A stretch of DNA of 64,000 bases from an uncultured bacterium. Lineage in GTDB: Bacteria; Auribacterota; Erginobacteria; Erginobacterales; CAZKCI01. Location: the NCBI GenBank assembly GCA_964584165.1, contig CAZOYW010000006.1:36022-100021 (forward strand), in the 5' to 3' direction. Below the pieces are notes generated by a model that saw nothing but the letters and a program-made list of their open reading frames with translations, searched no databases and was not told where the DNA came from. The position numbers and the translations under genes are program-made. This document shows, in pieces, positions 29,452 through 38,470 of this stretch. Positions within the stretch are counted from its first letter, which is position 1. Every line of letters starts with the position of its first letter.

Positions 29452-30438
29452 TCAGGGCCGCGGACGGTCAAGATTGCGAGTGCTGTCGACGATCACCCGC
29501 GGCCGACCGCGGCTCTGCCGGAAGACGCGTCCCAGATACACCCCGACCACTCCTATCGCCAGAAGCTCCAGGCCGGTCGAGAGGGCACCCCCCAGTCCCA
29601 GCCAGCAGACCGCTCCGGGCGGCGCGCCCGCCAGAACGGCGGCGGCGGCGACCAGGACCGCCAGGATGGCCGCGGCGGACAGGGCCAGACCCACGAGGAG
29701 GATCAGCATCAGGGGCATGATCGAATAGGAGGTCAGGCCGCTGACCAGCGTGCCGAGCGGCCCGTGCAGGGTCGAGAGGTCGCGCAGGAAATTGCGGAAG
29801 ATCGGGAAATGGCTCTCGCCGACGGCGCGCGGCTGGCGGTGGTAGGAAACCGGCACCTGCTTGAAGCCGATCCAGGGGATCATCCCGCGGGGATAGGGGT
29901 CGACCTCGGGCAGAGAGAGAAGGTGGGCAAGGACCCGGCGGGAGATCAGCTTGAAATCCCCCGCCTCCACGGCCAGATCGACGTCGGGGGTAAGCGAGTG
30001 AATCAGTCGGTAGGCGAACCGGGTCAGCCGGAGCCGGATGCGGCTCTCGGCCTGGCGGGAGGCCCGGACCGTATAGACGACCTCCGCCCCTTCCTTCCAG
30101 CGCGCGACCAGTTCGGGGATCAGCTCCGGGGGGTCCTGCAGGTCGGCGTCCATGGTGACCACCGCCTGACCGGCGGCGTATTCCATGCCCGCCAGGATGC
30201 ATTCCGCCTGCCCGAAACGGCGGGAGGTGGTGATGATCTTGATCCGGTTGTCCCGGTCGGCATAGGAATCCAGGAGCCGGCGGGATCCGTCGGAGGACGC
30301 GTCGTCGACAAAGATCAGCTCGAAGCCCTCGGCCATTCCGGCCAGGGCCTTCTCCAGGCGATCGATGAGGAGAGGCAGGAGTTCCTTCTCGTTGCGAAAG
30401 GTGAGGACGACGGAGAGAAGGGGGCGGGCAGCGGTCAT
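29452..30438 (-). CDS. GtrB/ArnC-like polyprenyl-phosphate glycosyltransferase (GT2 with two C-terminal TM helices)
   Basis: LSVVLTFRNEKELLPLLIDRL...FVDDASSDGS...TMDADLQDPPELIPELV; two C-terminal TM helices. Confidence 0.85.
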   Translation of the reverse strand: MTAARPLLSVVLTFRNEKELLPLLIDRLEKALAGMAEGFELIFVDDASSDGSRRLLDSYADRDNRIKIITTSRRFGQAECILAGMEYAAGQAVVTMDADLQDPPELIPELVARWKEGAEVVYTVRASRQAESRIRLRLTRFAYRLIHSLTPDVDLAVEAGDFKLISRRVLAHLLSLPEVDPYPRGMIPWIGFKQVPVSYHRQPRAVGESHFPIFRNFLRDLSTLHGPLGTLVSGLTSYSIMPLMLILLVGLALSAAAILAVLVAAAAVLAGAPPGAVCWLGLGGALSTGLELLAIGVVGVYLGRVFRQSRGRPRVIVDSTRNLDRPRP

Positions 30439-30467
30439 GGAGTCTCCCCAATCAGGGCCAAGCTTGT

Positions 30468-32951
30468 TTATCTTACGACAGGTCGCGACTCCGGCGCCAG
30501 ATCATTCGGCCGGCGGCGGGCGGCGGCGAGAGCGGAGAGGATCTCCCGCCGGTTGGAACCGGCCAAGGCCGCCCAACGGTCGACGGTCAGGCCCTCGGAA
30601 TCCCAAGCCGCGGGGTCCGCCCCCGCGGCCAGGAGAAGGGAGAGGATCTCGGCGCGGCCGTAACTCGCCGCGAACATCGCCGGGGTGCGGCCGCGGAGGT
30701 CGGGGACGTCCGGGCCGGCTCCCGCAGCCAGGAGAGCTCTCACGACTCCGATATCGCCGCTCTTCACGGCCAGGATCAGCGGCGGCTCGCCCGGGACCGC
30801 AAAACCCCTCTCGGCGACGTCCGCGCCGGAGGCGATGAGGGCGGCGACCCGTTCGGGACGTTTGAGGTAGACCGCCGAAGCGAGCTCACCCGGACCCGAG
30901 GCCAAGGCGACCGGGGAGGCGAGTCGGCGCAGATACCAGTCCTTGCCCAGATGGACGTCCCCCTCGCCGCGCTGGAGGATCCCTTCGAAGTCGTCGGCCC
31001 AGAGGAGGTACTCCGCCCGAGGCGGGATCGGCTGGAGACCCCGCCAGAAGGAGTTGAGCGGGATGACGGTCCGGGTCAGGCCGCGTCCGAAGAGCGGATA
31101 CTCGTAGGAGTGCCAGTTCAGGCAGGCCGCCACCACGGCGTCGGGGGGGACGAGCTCCTCGAACTTGCGGATCGCGCCCTCGAAGACCGGGCCGTCGCGG
31201 AGGAGCTGACCGAGACGGTCGCGGGCGAAGACGGAATCGGTCCGCGACGGGAGCTGGATCTCCTCCCGCCAGGCGGAGCTGAGGCAGGAGCGGAGCCAGA
31301 CCGCCTGGTCGAAGAGGATCGGCGAGCGCAGCTGGAAGAGGAGGCCGAGGACCGCCGAAACCGCCCCCAGACCGGCGGCGCCGGAGAGGGCGATCCATCC
31401 CAGGGGACGGGAGGGCGGGAAGAGAAAACCCGAGAGAGGGACGGCGAAGACCGTGGCGTAGAGGGTATAGTGCCCCCAGCTCGCCCCGCTGAAGGCGTGG
31501 ACGGCGACGCAGACGACGGCCGAAGCGGCCAGGACGCGGGAAGCGGGCGGGCGGCGGCGGGAGACAAGTCCGAGCAAGACCCCGGGCCAGACCAGGCCGA
31601 AGCCGAGGACCCCCCAGAGGGAGTAGTCGGGATGGCTGACCGGGGGCTTACCCCAGTGCCAGGGCTTGTCGTAGTACCAGTTGTCCGCGGGGTCGGACTC
31701 AAGCTCCAGACCGGCGGCGCGGATAGCGGCGGCGGGGAGGAAATGAAGCGCCTTCTGGGCGGAGACCACCGCCGGGACGGGAGGGAGCCCGTCCAGGGCC
31801 AGGAAGTCGAGGGCCATGGCGAAGAGATGCTTCGTCCCGTTGCGGAGGACCGCCGCGCCCCCCTTCCCCTCCACCAGGTTGATCTCCCGGAAATACCTGT
31901 CCCCCACGGGATGGCCGAAGATCCTCCAGTTTTCGGCGTAGCCGGCGGGGAGGGCGAAGAGGACGAGCGCCGCCGTCGTGGCCGCGGCGAGGCGGGCGGC
32001 GTCGCGGCAGCGCGCGCGGAGCGGGGTCGGGCGGGCGAAGAGGGCGAAGGCCGCGACCAGAAGGAGCGAGGGAGCGGCGAGGAGGACCGAGACCTTGGCC
32101 CCGGCCGCCAGGGCGAAAGCCGCCCCCGCCGTCCAGAGCCAGGCGGCGCGGGAGGTCTCGCGAAAGGCGAGAAGCGAATAGACGGCGGCGCCGAGGAGGG
32201 CGGCGAGGAAAAGGTCGCTGTTCGCGGTGTACGACTGGAGGACGACCTGGGGGAGAAGGGCGAAGACCAGCCCGGCGAAGAGGGCGGCGGGGCGGGCGCA
32301 GCCGAGACGGCGGGTGATCCCGTAGACCAGCGCCAGGCCGACGAGGTAGGAGGCTAACTGGGGAAGGCCGGTCAGGTTTTCGTTGCGGCCGAAGGCCAGG
32401 AAGACCCAGAGCAGGATCAGCTCGTACCCCTTCTGGGCCAGAACCTGGGTGTACATGTTGGCGTCGTAATAGCCGCAATGACCCTGCTGGATCCAGTAGG
32501 CGATCCGGGGGAGGCGCGTGACCATGTTGTCCCAGACGTGGGGGGCGGCGAAGAAGACGAGAGAGAGGGAAAGGAGGGCGGCGGCGAGGACGGCCGCGAG
32601 CATGGCACCGAGCAGGGCCCTCGGGAAGGGAGGGGTCTCCCGCCACCCCGACCACCGGCGCTGACCGAAGGCAGCTCTCCGGAACCACACCCGGCGGCGG
32701 AGGGGGGCGAAGGAGAGCGTCCCGGCCAGGAGCAGGAGGAGGGCCGCGGCCGAGGAGATCGCCCAGGCCCCAAGGCTCCCGAGAAGACCGGCGCGGGAGA
32801 GAAGATAGCCGAGCGACGGGAGAAGGGCGGCGGCGGGGAGGAAGAATGCGATGACCCGGGCGGGCAGCCCCCGGCCGCGGGCCGCCCGGGAGGCCAGGTG
32901 GCAGAAGAGGAGCACCGAGACCAGCGAAACCAATCCGAGCGTTGGCGGCAT
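30468..32951 (-). CDS. GT-C-like polytopic membrane glycosyltransferase (ArnT/PMT-like) fused to a C-terminal ankyrin-repeat domain (~827 aa)
   Basis: Multiple TM helices; C-terminal tandem ankyrin repeats (GEPPLILAVKSGDIGVVRALLAAGAGPDVPDLRGRTPAMFAASYGRAEILSLLLAAGADP). Internal ATG 32951 with an AAGGAGGG RBS was chosen over the ORF's first Met. Confidence 0.7.
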   Translation of the reverse strand: MPPTLGLVSLVSVLLFCHLASRAARGRGLPARVIAFFLPAAALLPSLGYLLSRAGLLGSLGAWAISSAAALLLLLAGTLSFAPLRRRVWFRRAAFGQRRWSGWRETPPFPRALLGAMLAAVLAAALLSLSLVFFAAPHVWDNMVTRLPRIAYWIQQGHCGYYDANMYTQVLAQKGYELILLWVFLAFGRNENLTGLPQLASYLVGLALVYGITRRLGCARPAALFAGLVFALLPQVVLQSYTANSDLFLAALLGAAVYSLLAFRETSRAAWLWTAGAAFALAAGAKVSVLLAAPSLLLVAAFALFARPTPLRARCRDAARLAAATTAALVLFALPAGYAENWRIFGHPVGDRYFREINLVEGKGGAAVLRNGTKHLFAMALDFLALDGLPPVPAVVSAQKALHFLPAAAIRAAGLELESDPADNWYYDKPWHWGKPPVSHPDYSLWGVLGFGLVWPGVLLGLVSRRRPPASRVLAASAVVCVAVHAFSGASWGHYTLYATVFAVPLSGFLFPPSRPLGWIALSGAAGLGAVSAVLGLLFQLRSPILFDQAVWLRSCLSSAWREEIQLPSRTDSVFARDRLGQLLRDGPVFEGAIRKFEELVPPDAVVAACLNWHSYEYPLFGRGLTRTVIPLNSFWRGLQPIPPRAEYLLWADDFEGILQRGEGDVHLGKDWYLRRLASPVALASGPGELASAVYLKRPERVAALIASGADVAERGFAVPGEPPLILAVKSGDIGVVRALLAAGAGPDVPDLRGRTPAMFAASYGRAEILSLLLAAGADPAAWDSEGLTVDRWAALAGSNRREILSALAAARRRPNDLAPESRPVVR

Positions 32952-33001
32952 ATCGTTGACCGGCGCCCTCCTTGGGGGGGAGAGCGCGCGGACGGCGAAG
33001 A

Positions 33002-35230
33002 TTATAGCCCTTTTCGCGGATCGCCGCAGCTGCCGGGAGCGGCCGTGAAGTGGCGGGGGCTCATCACGGCGAAGATCTCCCGCACCTCTCCCCCCCGACC
33101 CGGAAAAGCGATCCATCCCCGCCGGTACTCCCGCCGGAAGACGTCGCGGACCCAGAGCGTGTCGCCGAACTGCATGGCCCAGGGGCGGCTGTCGTCCCCC
33201 GGGCGGTCGGGCCAATCATCGCGGGGGACCTCTTCGCGCCCCCCCTCGCCCGCGAGCTCGACGCGGGCGGCGGCCGCGGCGGACGGACTCCCGCAGACGA
33301 CATAGATATCGCTGCAGAGAAGAGGGTCGAATCGGAAGGAGACCGCCTCGGCGCTCCCCGGACCGAGACGGGCGGAGGTTTCGAGCGACCCGTCGAAGGG
33401 TTCGGCGGGCGAGCCGCCCGCCGGCGCCAGGGCCCCGGAAGCGCGCGGCATCTCCACGAAGAGGTGGCCGGCGAAACCGCGCTCCTCCTGGAACCGGCTC
33501 AGCTCGCGGTAGGCGACCCGGGCGGTCGAGCCGGACCAGTTGAGAAAGGTGAGGGGGAACTGGCGGCGGGCGGCCGCGAAGTTCCCTAGTTTGCGGAAGG
33601 TGATGGAGCGGCCGTGAGCGAGGCCGGACTCGTCCCAGAGGTCGAAGACGACGGTCCGCCAGCGGGAGCGGTAGAACCCCTCCCTCTCCCGCTCGGCGAT
33701 CCAGCGCTTCCCCGACTCGCCGACGGCCGCGATGACGAGCAGGCTGTAGACGGCGAAGGCGGCGGCCGCCGCCGCGGGCAGCCGGCCCGGCGGCGGAAAA
33801 CGGCGGAACCGACGGCCGGCGAGAGCGGCGGCCGCCAGGCAAGCGACGGACGCGGCGGCGACGGCCGCCGCCGCGGGGGCGCCGGCGAACTTCGGATGGA
33901 AGAGAAGATAGGCCCCATCCCGGGCCAGAAGGGGGAGGCGACGGAGAAGCTCGGCGGGGGGGATGAAGGCGCGGGGGGCTTCGTTGGCGAGTACCCGCTC
34001 GCCCCACTGAAAGAAGGGGGCGGAGCCCTTGAAAATCTCGCTGCACTCGCCGAGGTAGCGGGAGAGCGGACCGAGCAAGTTGACTCCCATCCCGGCGATG
34101 AAGACCCCCATCCCGATCGGCATGGGGAGGCGGGAGATGGCGAGCGAGAGGCCGAGAACGGAGAAGGGGAGAAGCAGCATCGGGAAGCGCCCCCCCGCCC
34201 AGCACTGGTTCTCCCAGCCCCGATAGAGGGCCATCTCGAGGAACGAGCCGAGGAGCATGAACCCTCCCCCCAGCGCCACGCCGGGGGATCTCCGGATGAG
34301 CAGGACGGAGAGAAGCACGCCGGTGATGAAAACCGGGCTTTCCAGGAGGCGGGGGGAGAGATGGCGCACGACCTGGAGGATCTCACCCCAGCTCTGGCCG
34401 GTGGACCCGAAGGTGTAGGTCAGGTTCCAGGCCCCGACGTAGTAATGCTGGTAGAGGATGGCGGGGGCGACGCCCAGGGCGAAGCCGGCGATCACCATGA
34501 GAAGGCGAAATGGGGCCCCCCGGCCCTTTTCCCGAAGGGCGAGAATGATCCAGGAAGCGGCCGGTATGCCCAGCGAAACGATCGCCTGGAGGCGAAAGAA
34601 CGCGGCGAGTCCGGAGAAGAGGCCGAGGGCGAACCAAACCCCCGCGCCGCGGGACCCGCCGCGGTCGACCGCCGCCGCCTCGCGGACGAGGAGCGCGAGC
34701 GCGAGCATCAGCGGCCCGTCGGCCCAGCTGTGGTGGACGACCAGGAGCAGGAAGAAGTAGGAGGAGGCGACCGCGAGGGCCGTCCCGGCGAGGGCGGGGA
34801 GTGCGCCGGCCAGGCGGCGGGCGGTCCGGAAGAGAACGGCCAGGGCGAGGAGGGCGGCGAGGAGTCCGGGAAGGTTGAAGGCCGCCCGGTACAGGGGGGT
34901 TCCGGGGCCGAAGGCGGGCGCCGGCAAGCCGAGCGCGCCGCCGGCGGAGAGGGCGAGACGGAAAAGGGCGTAGGCGGGGAGAGCGAGGAGGGAGCGCCCG
35001 ATGGTGTGGTGGAGAGAGAGGTAGCCGGCCGGCGTCATGTAGTTCCCGATCCAGTCGGAGAACTCGGGGACCTCCCAGACCCGAAAGCCGCTCCCGCCGT
35101 CGATCGACTCGGCGATCATCCGGTAGGTGATGTCGGCGTAGCCGACGAAGGGGTTGGACCAGAGGAAGACGGCGGCGGCGAGCGCCGCCCAGGCGAGACC
35201 GGAAGCCATATGTCGCCTGAAACCAATCAT
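33002..35230 (-). CDS. GT-C-like polytopic membrane protein, paralog family A (C-terminal ...REIFAVMSPRH)
   Basis: N-terminal TM helices plus a large C-terminal domain. It shares a C-terminal motif with the genes at 45386-47623 and 53439-55586. Start ATG 35230 with an AGGAAAGAG RBS. Confidence 0.65.
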   Translation of the reverse strand: MIGFRRHMASGLAWAALAAAVFLWSNPFVGYADITYRMIAESIDGGSGFRVWEVPEFSDWIGNYMTPAGYLSLHHTIGRSLLALPAYALFRLALSAGGALGLPAPAFGPGTPLYRAAFNLPGLLAALLALAVLFRTARRLAGALPALAGTALAVASSYFFLLLVVHHSWADGPLMLALALLVREAAAVDRGGSRGAGVWFALGLFSGLAAFFRLQAIVSLGIPAASWIILALREKGRGAPFRLLMVIAGFALGVAPAILYQHYYVGAWNLTYTFGSTGQSWGEILQVVRHLSPRLLESPVFITGVLLSVLLIRRSPGVALGGGFMLLGSFLEMALYRGWENQCWAGGRFPMLLLPFSVLGLSLAISRLPMPIGMGVFIAGMGVNLLGPLSRYLGECSEIFKGSAPFFQWGERVLANEAPRAFIPPAELLRRLPLLARDGAYLLFHPKFAGAPAAAAVAAASVACLAAAALAGRRFRRFPPPGRLPAAAAAAFAVYSLLVIAAVGESGKRWIAEREREGFYRSRWRTVVFDLWDESGLAHGRSITFRKLGNFAAARRQFPLTFLNWSGSTARVAYRELSRFQEERGFAGHLFVEMPRASGALAPAGGSPAEPFDGSLETSARLGPGSAEAVSFRFDPLLCSDIYVVCGSPSAAAAARVELAGEGGREEVPRDDWPDRPGDDSRPWAMQFGDTLWVRDVFRREYRRGWIAFPGRGGEVREIFAVMSPRHFTAAPGSCGDPRKGL

Positions 35231-35326
35231 ATTTTTAGGCTCTTTCCTACTTAAACGGGATGGAAGAGAACCGCGATTTCTCAACAGCGATCAACGACCG
35301 AACACTGCTCGCGGCGGGGAGAGAGA

Positions 35327-35971
35327 TCAAAGTGAGGGCGAAGAGCCGCGGGAGACTCGGCCGACCCCTAGCAGCGTCATCGCGTAGACGTAGTGGACCC
35401 GGACATCCCGCAGGGACGCCCTTTCCATCAGATCCTGGAGCTCGGAGGGGCTGAAGGGGAACTCCTCGGCGAAGAGCCACTGGGAGCCGAGGCACTTCTC
35501 GTAGAGGTTGAGGAGGCCCACCCGGGCCGGGACCACCGCTCCCACCCACCCCCCCTCCTTCGTCACCCGTCTTTTCTCCCGGAGAAGCTCGACCGCCCGC
35601 TCCCGGGAGTAGTGCTCGATCAGCCCGATGCTGTAGACCAGGTCAAACCCCCCCCGGAAGGAGAGGTTCAAGGCATCGCCCATGAAGAACGAGGAGCCCC
35701 GCTCCGTCTCGCGCGCGATCTCGATCGCCACCCGGGAGGAGTCGATCCCGAAACCGGAGAGATCGGGGCGCTGGGCTTTGAGGCAGTGAAGCGTGGCCGC
35801 GGTGCCGCAACCCGCCTCCAGGACACGGGGGCGGACGGAGGACGGAAGAAGCGGGCGGAGGATCCGGGCGTAGGAGCGGGCGAAGACCGGCCGGAGGCGG
35901 CGGATCAGGAACATCGTCAGGTTGAAGGAGTCCGCCTCCTTCGACCAGTACTCGTCGTTGTATTCCCGGGC
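35327..35971 (-). CDS. Class I SAM-dependent methyltransferase
   Basis: VLEAGCGTA motif I, DLVYSIGLIEH. An alternative TTG start at 36034 would add 21 aa. Confidence 0.75.
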   Translation of the reverse strand, partial: AREYNDEYWSKEADSFNLTMFLIRRLRPVFARSYARILRPLLPSSVRPRVLEAGCGTAATLHCLKAQRPDLSGFGIDSSRVAIEIARETERGSSFFMGDALNLSFRGGFDLVYSIGLIEHYSRERAVELLREKRRVTKEGGWVGAVVPARVGLLNLYEKCLGSQWLFAEEFPFSPSELQDLMERASLRDVRVHYVYAMTLLGVGRVSRGSSPSL

Positions 35972-36034
35972 CATAACGCAAGGCGGGCCGACGCCCGCCC
36001 GGACATTATGCCACAACCACAACCGCTCCACCAA

Positions 36035-38470
36035 TCAAGACCGGCAGCGGCCGAGGAGGAGGAGCAGGGCCGCGGCCACAACTCCCCCCGCCGTCATCAG
36101 CCTCCCCCGGAACAGGGCCGCCGGGCGGAAGGCCATCTCCAGGCGGTGGCGCCCCGGCCCGCACCAGACCCCCCGCTGCAGAAAGTTCACCCGCCGGAGG
36201 GCTTCCGGGCGGCCGTCGACCCGGAGCGTCCAGTCGGGATGCCAGACATCGGTCAGCACGAGCATGGCGGGGCGCCAGACCTCCGCCTCGATCACGACGC
36301 GGTTGGGATCGGAGAAGTCGGCCTCGAGGATCCGCCCGCCCTCCCGGCGGGCGGCGGGATCGCCGGCCGGGGACGGGTAAGGCCGGGGGCGCGCTTCCCA
36401 GACCTCGGACGAGCAGACCCCCTCCGGCGCCAGGTCGGAGGAGAGAAGGGCATCCTTCTCCTTCGAAGCGTCCGCCGTTCGCCAGCGGTCCTGGAAATAG
36501 ACCCGGGGGAGGGCGGAGGGGGCTTCGAAGGCGAAATAGCCCCCGGCCCGCCCGAGCGGACGGAAGGAGGGATCTCCGAGCGGCCCGTCCGTCACCAGGT
36601 AGCGGACGGACATGTTCGCCCAGAACGGCTGCTTCCAGTCCCGGGGCCAGAGCTCGTTGGGCAAGCCGTCGGCGACGGCTTCCACCGCCTCCTTGTACCA
36701 GGGGAGAAGCGGCTTGGTATCGAAGCCGAGCGCGGAGAGGGATCCGTTGAGCCAGCCGGCCTGGTCCAGGTAGGAGCGGTGATAGCCGACGCGGTAAAGG
36801 CCGGCGGAGGGGGGAGAAAACTCCGCCGCCAGGCGGTAGAGAGGATGGTCGTGAGTCCCGTAATACCGGTCCGCCGAAAGGTCCTGGTTCCGGTAGTTGA
36901 GGATCCGGTTGTCGTAGAAGGCCGGACCGGCGAAGAGGAGGAGCTCGGCGAGCGCGGTTCCGAGCAGAAGGGGAAGCCGTCGCCGGGCGGGGAGCCGGGC
37001 GATCAGAGCGATCGCCGCCCCCGCCAACAGGAAGGAAAGGAGCGGACCACGGACGAACCAGGCGCCATCGCCGAGGGCGAGAAGGTGGCGAAAGGCCGGA
37101 GAAAAGCGCTGCCCCAGCGCCTGAACGGGGGCGAGCGAGGACGCTCCCAGGGCGAGGGAGGAGAAGGCGAGGAAGGCGGCCGTCCACCTCCCCGTCCAGG
37201 CCCGGCCGAGGAGGCGCGGCCGCCCCCAGAGAACGGAAACGGCCGTCCCGGCGAGGGCGCTCACCGCCCAGCACTCGATCACCCGCCAGCGGAGGGGATA
37301 GGGGAGCTCCCGGAAGACGGGGATGACGGAACGGATGATCCGATGGAGGGGAGTGTAGGATCCCAGGACCACCACCAGGCCGAAGAGGCCCTGGAGGGCG
37401 AAGACGCGGAGCCAGAAGCCGGGGGCGGTCTTCCGCGCCCTCCCCCAGCCGAGGCGGAGGCCGAGCAGGGCCAGGAAGGCGAGAGCCAGCCCCCCGGAGA
37501 GGGCGGCGTCGTTCATGCTGAACTGGATCTCGTAGGGCGGACCCCAGGCGTGGGCGCCGGTGACCGTCCCGAACCAGTCCGGAGCGAGGAGGGTGGCGAG
37601 GAGGGCGGGGTGGAGGCTGTAGGGGCGTCCGACCATCTCTTCGGCGTCGAAGAGGGGCGCCTCCCGGATCGACTCGATCCCGGAGAGGACCCGGGTCCAG
37701 AAGCCGCCGGCGAGGAGAAAGCCGACGAGGACGATCGCCGCCATCCCCCCCGCCAGGCGGAGCGCGCCGCGATACCTTCGGCAAAGGAGGAGGCCGGCCG
37801 TCGCGATCGCGACGGTCGTCCCGGAGACGGTCAGAACCTGGATGACGCCGGTCACCTCGCCGGCGGTGGAGTAGAGGGCGAAGACCGCCGCGCCGGCGGC
37901 GAGGTGAATCGTCCGGCCAAAGCGGGCGAAGAGCAAGACCCAGAGGAGAAGGGCGGGGAGGAGGTTGTAGACGAAGATGCAGGGAGGGAAGGTGACGTAG
38001 TAGACCATCATCGGGGAAAGGAGGTAGGCGGCGGCGAGGGCGATCCCGCCCGGGCGGTTCAGGCGGAGGCCGCAGACGCCCAGGAAGTAGGCCCAGAGCG
38101 CCGCCAGCCAGTAGTGGAGAGCGATCGGGAACTTCAGGATCCAGAAGAGGGCGGCTTTCTCCCGGGCGAGATCGGCGAACTGGAGAAAGGGCCGGAGGAG
38201 CGGGTAGCCGGCGAAGGAATAGAAGCGGGTGTAGAAGAGGCAGCCGCCGGCGTTGGTGTAGGGGTCCCACCAGGCGGGGGAGCCGGACTGGAAAGAGCGG
38301 GCGAGGAAAAGGGCCTGGGGGTAGTAGACGAAGGCGATGTCGTCGTAGAACATCGGCTTCCAGTCGAGGAGGAAGGGGAGGAGGAACCCTCCGACCGCGA
38401 GGAGGAGGGCGAGGGCGACCAAGAGCTCCCTCCGGAAATCGGAACCAAGGCGCTCCGACCGGGGTTTCAT
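36035..38470 (-). CDS. YfhO-family GT-C membrane glycosyltransferase
   Basis: C-terminal LVLTDVWHPDWTLRVDGRPEALRRVNFLQRGVWCGPGRHRLEMAF. The ATG at 38470 forms an ATGA overlap with the upstream stop; the ORF's first codon (GTG 38494) is the alternative. Confidence 0.8.
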   Translation of the reverse strand: MKPRSERLGSDFRRELLVALALLLAVGGFLLPFLLDWKPMFYDDIAFVYYPQALFLARSFQSGSPAWWDPYTNAGGCLFYTRFYSFAGYPLLRPFLQFADLAREKAALFWILKFPIALHYWLAALWAYFLGVCGLRLNRPGGIALAAAYLLSPMMVYYVTFPPCIFVYNLLPALLLWVLLFARFGRTIHLAAGAAVFALYSTAGEVTGVIQVLTVSGTTVAIATAGLLLCRRYRGALRLAGGMAAIVLVGFLLAGGFWTRVLSGIESIREAPLFDAEEMVGRPYSLHPALLATLLAPDWFGTVTGAHAWGPPYEIQFSMNDAALSGGLALAFLALLGLRLGWGRARKTAPGFWLRVFALQGLFGLVVVLGSYTPLHRIIRSVIPVFRELPYPLRWRVIECWAVSALAGTAVSVLWGRPRLLGRAWTGRWTAAFLAFSSLALGASSLAPVQALGQRFSPAFRHLLALGDGAWFVRGPLLSFLLAGAAIALIARLPARRRLPLLLGTALAELLLFAGPAFYDNRILNYRNQDLSADRYYGTHDHPLYRLAAEFSPPSAGLYRVGYHRSYLDQAGWLNGSLSALGFDTKPLLPWYKEAVEAVADGLPNELWPRDWKQPFWANMSVRYLVTDGPLGDPSFRPLGRAGGYFAFEAPSALPRVYFQDRWRTADASKEKDALLSSDLAPEGVCSSEVWEARPRPYPSPAGDPAARREGGRILEADFSDPNRVVIEAEVWRPAMLVLTDVWHPDWTLRVDGRPEALRRVNFLQRGVWCGPGRHRLEMAFRPAALFRGRLMTAGGVVAAALLLLLGRCRS

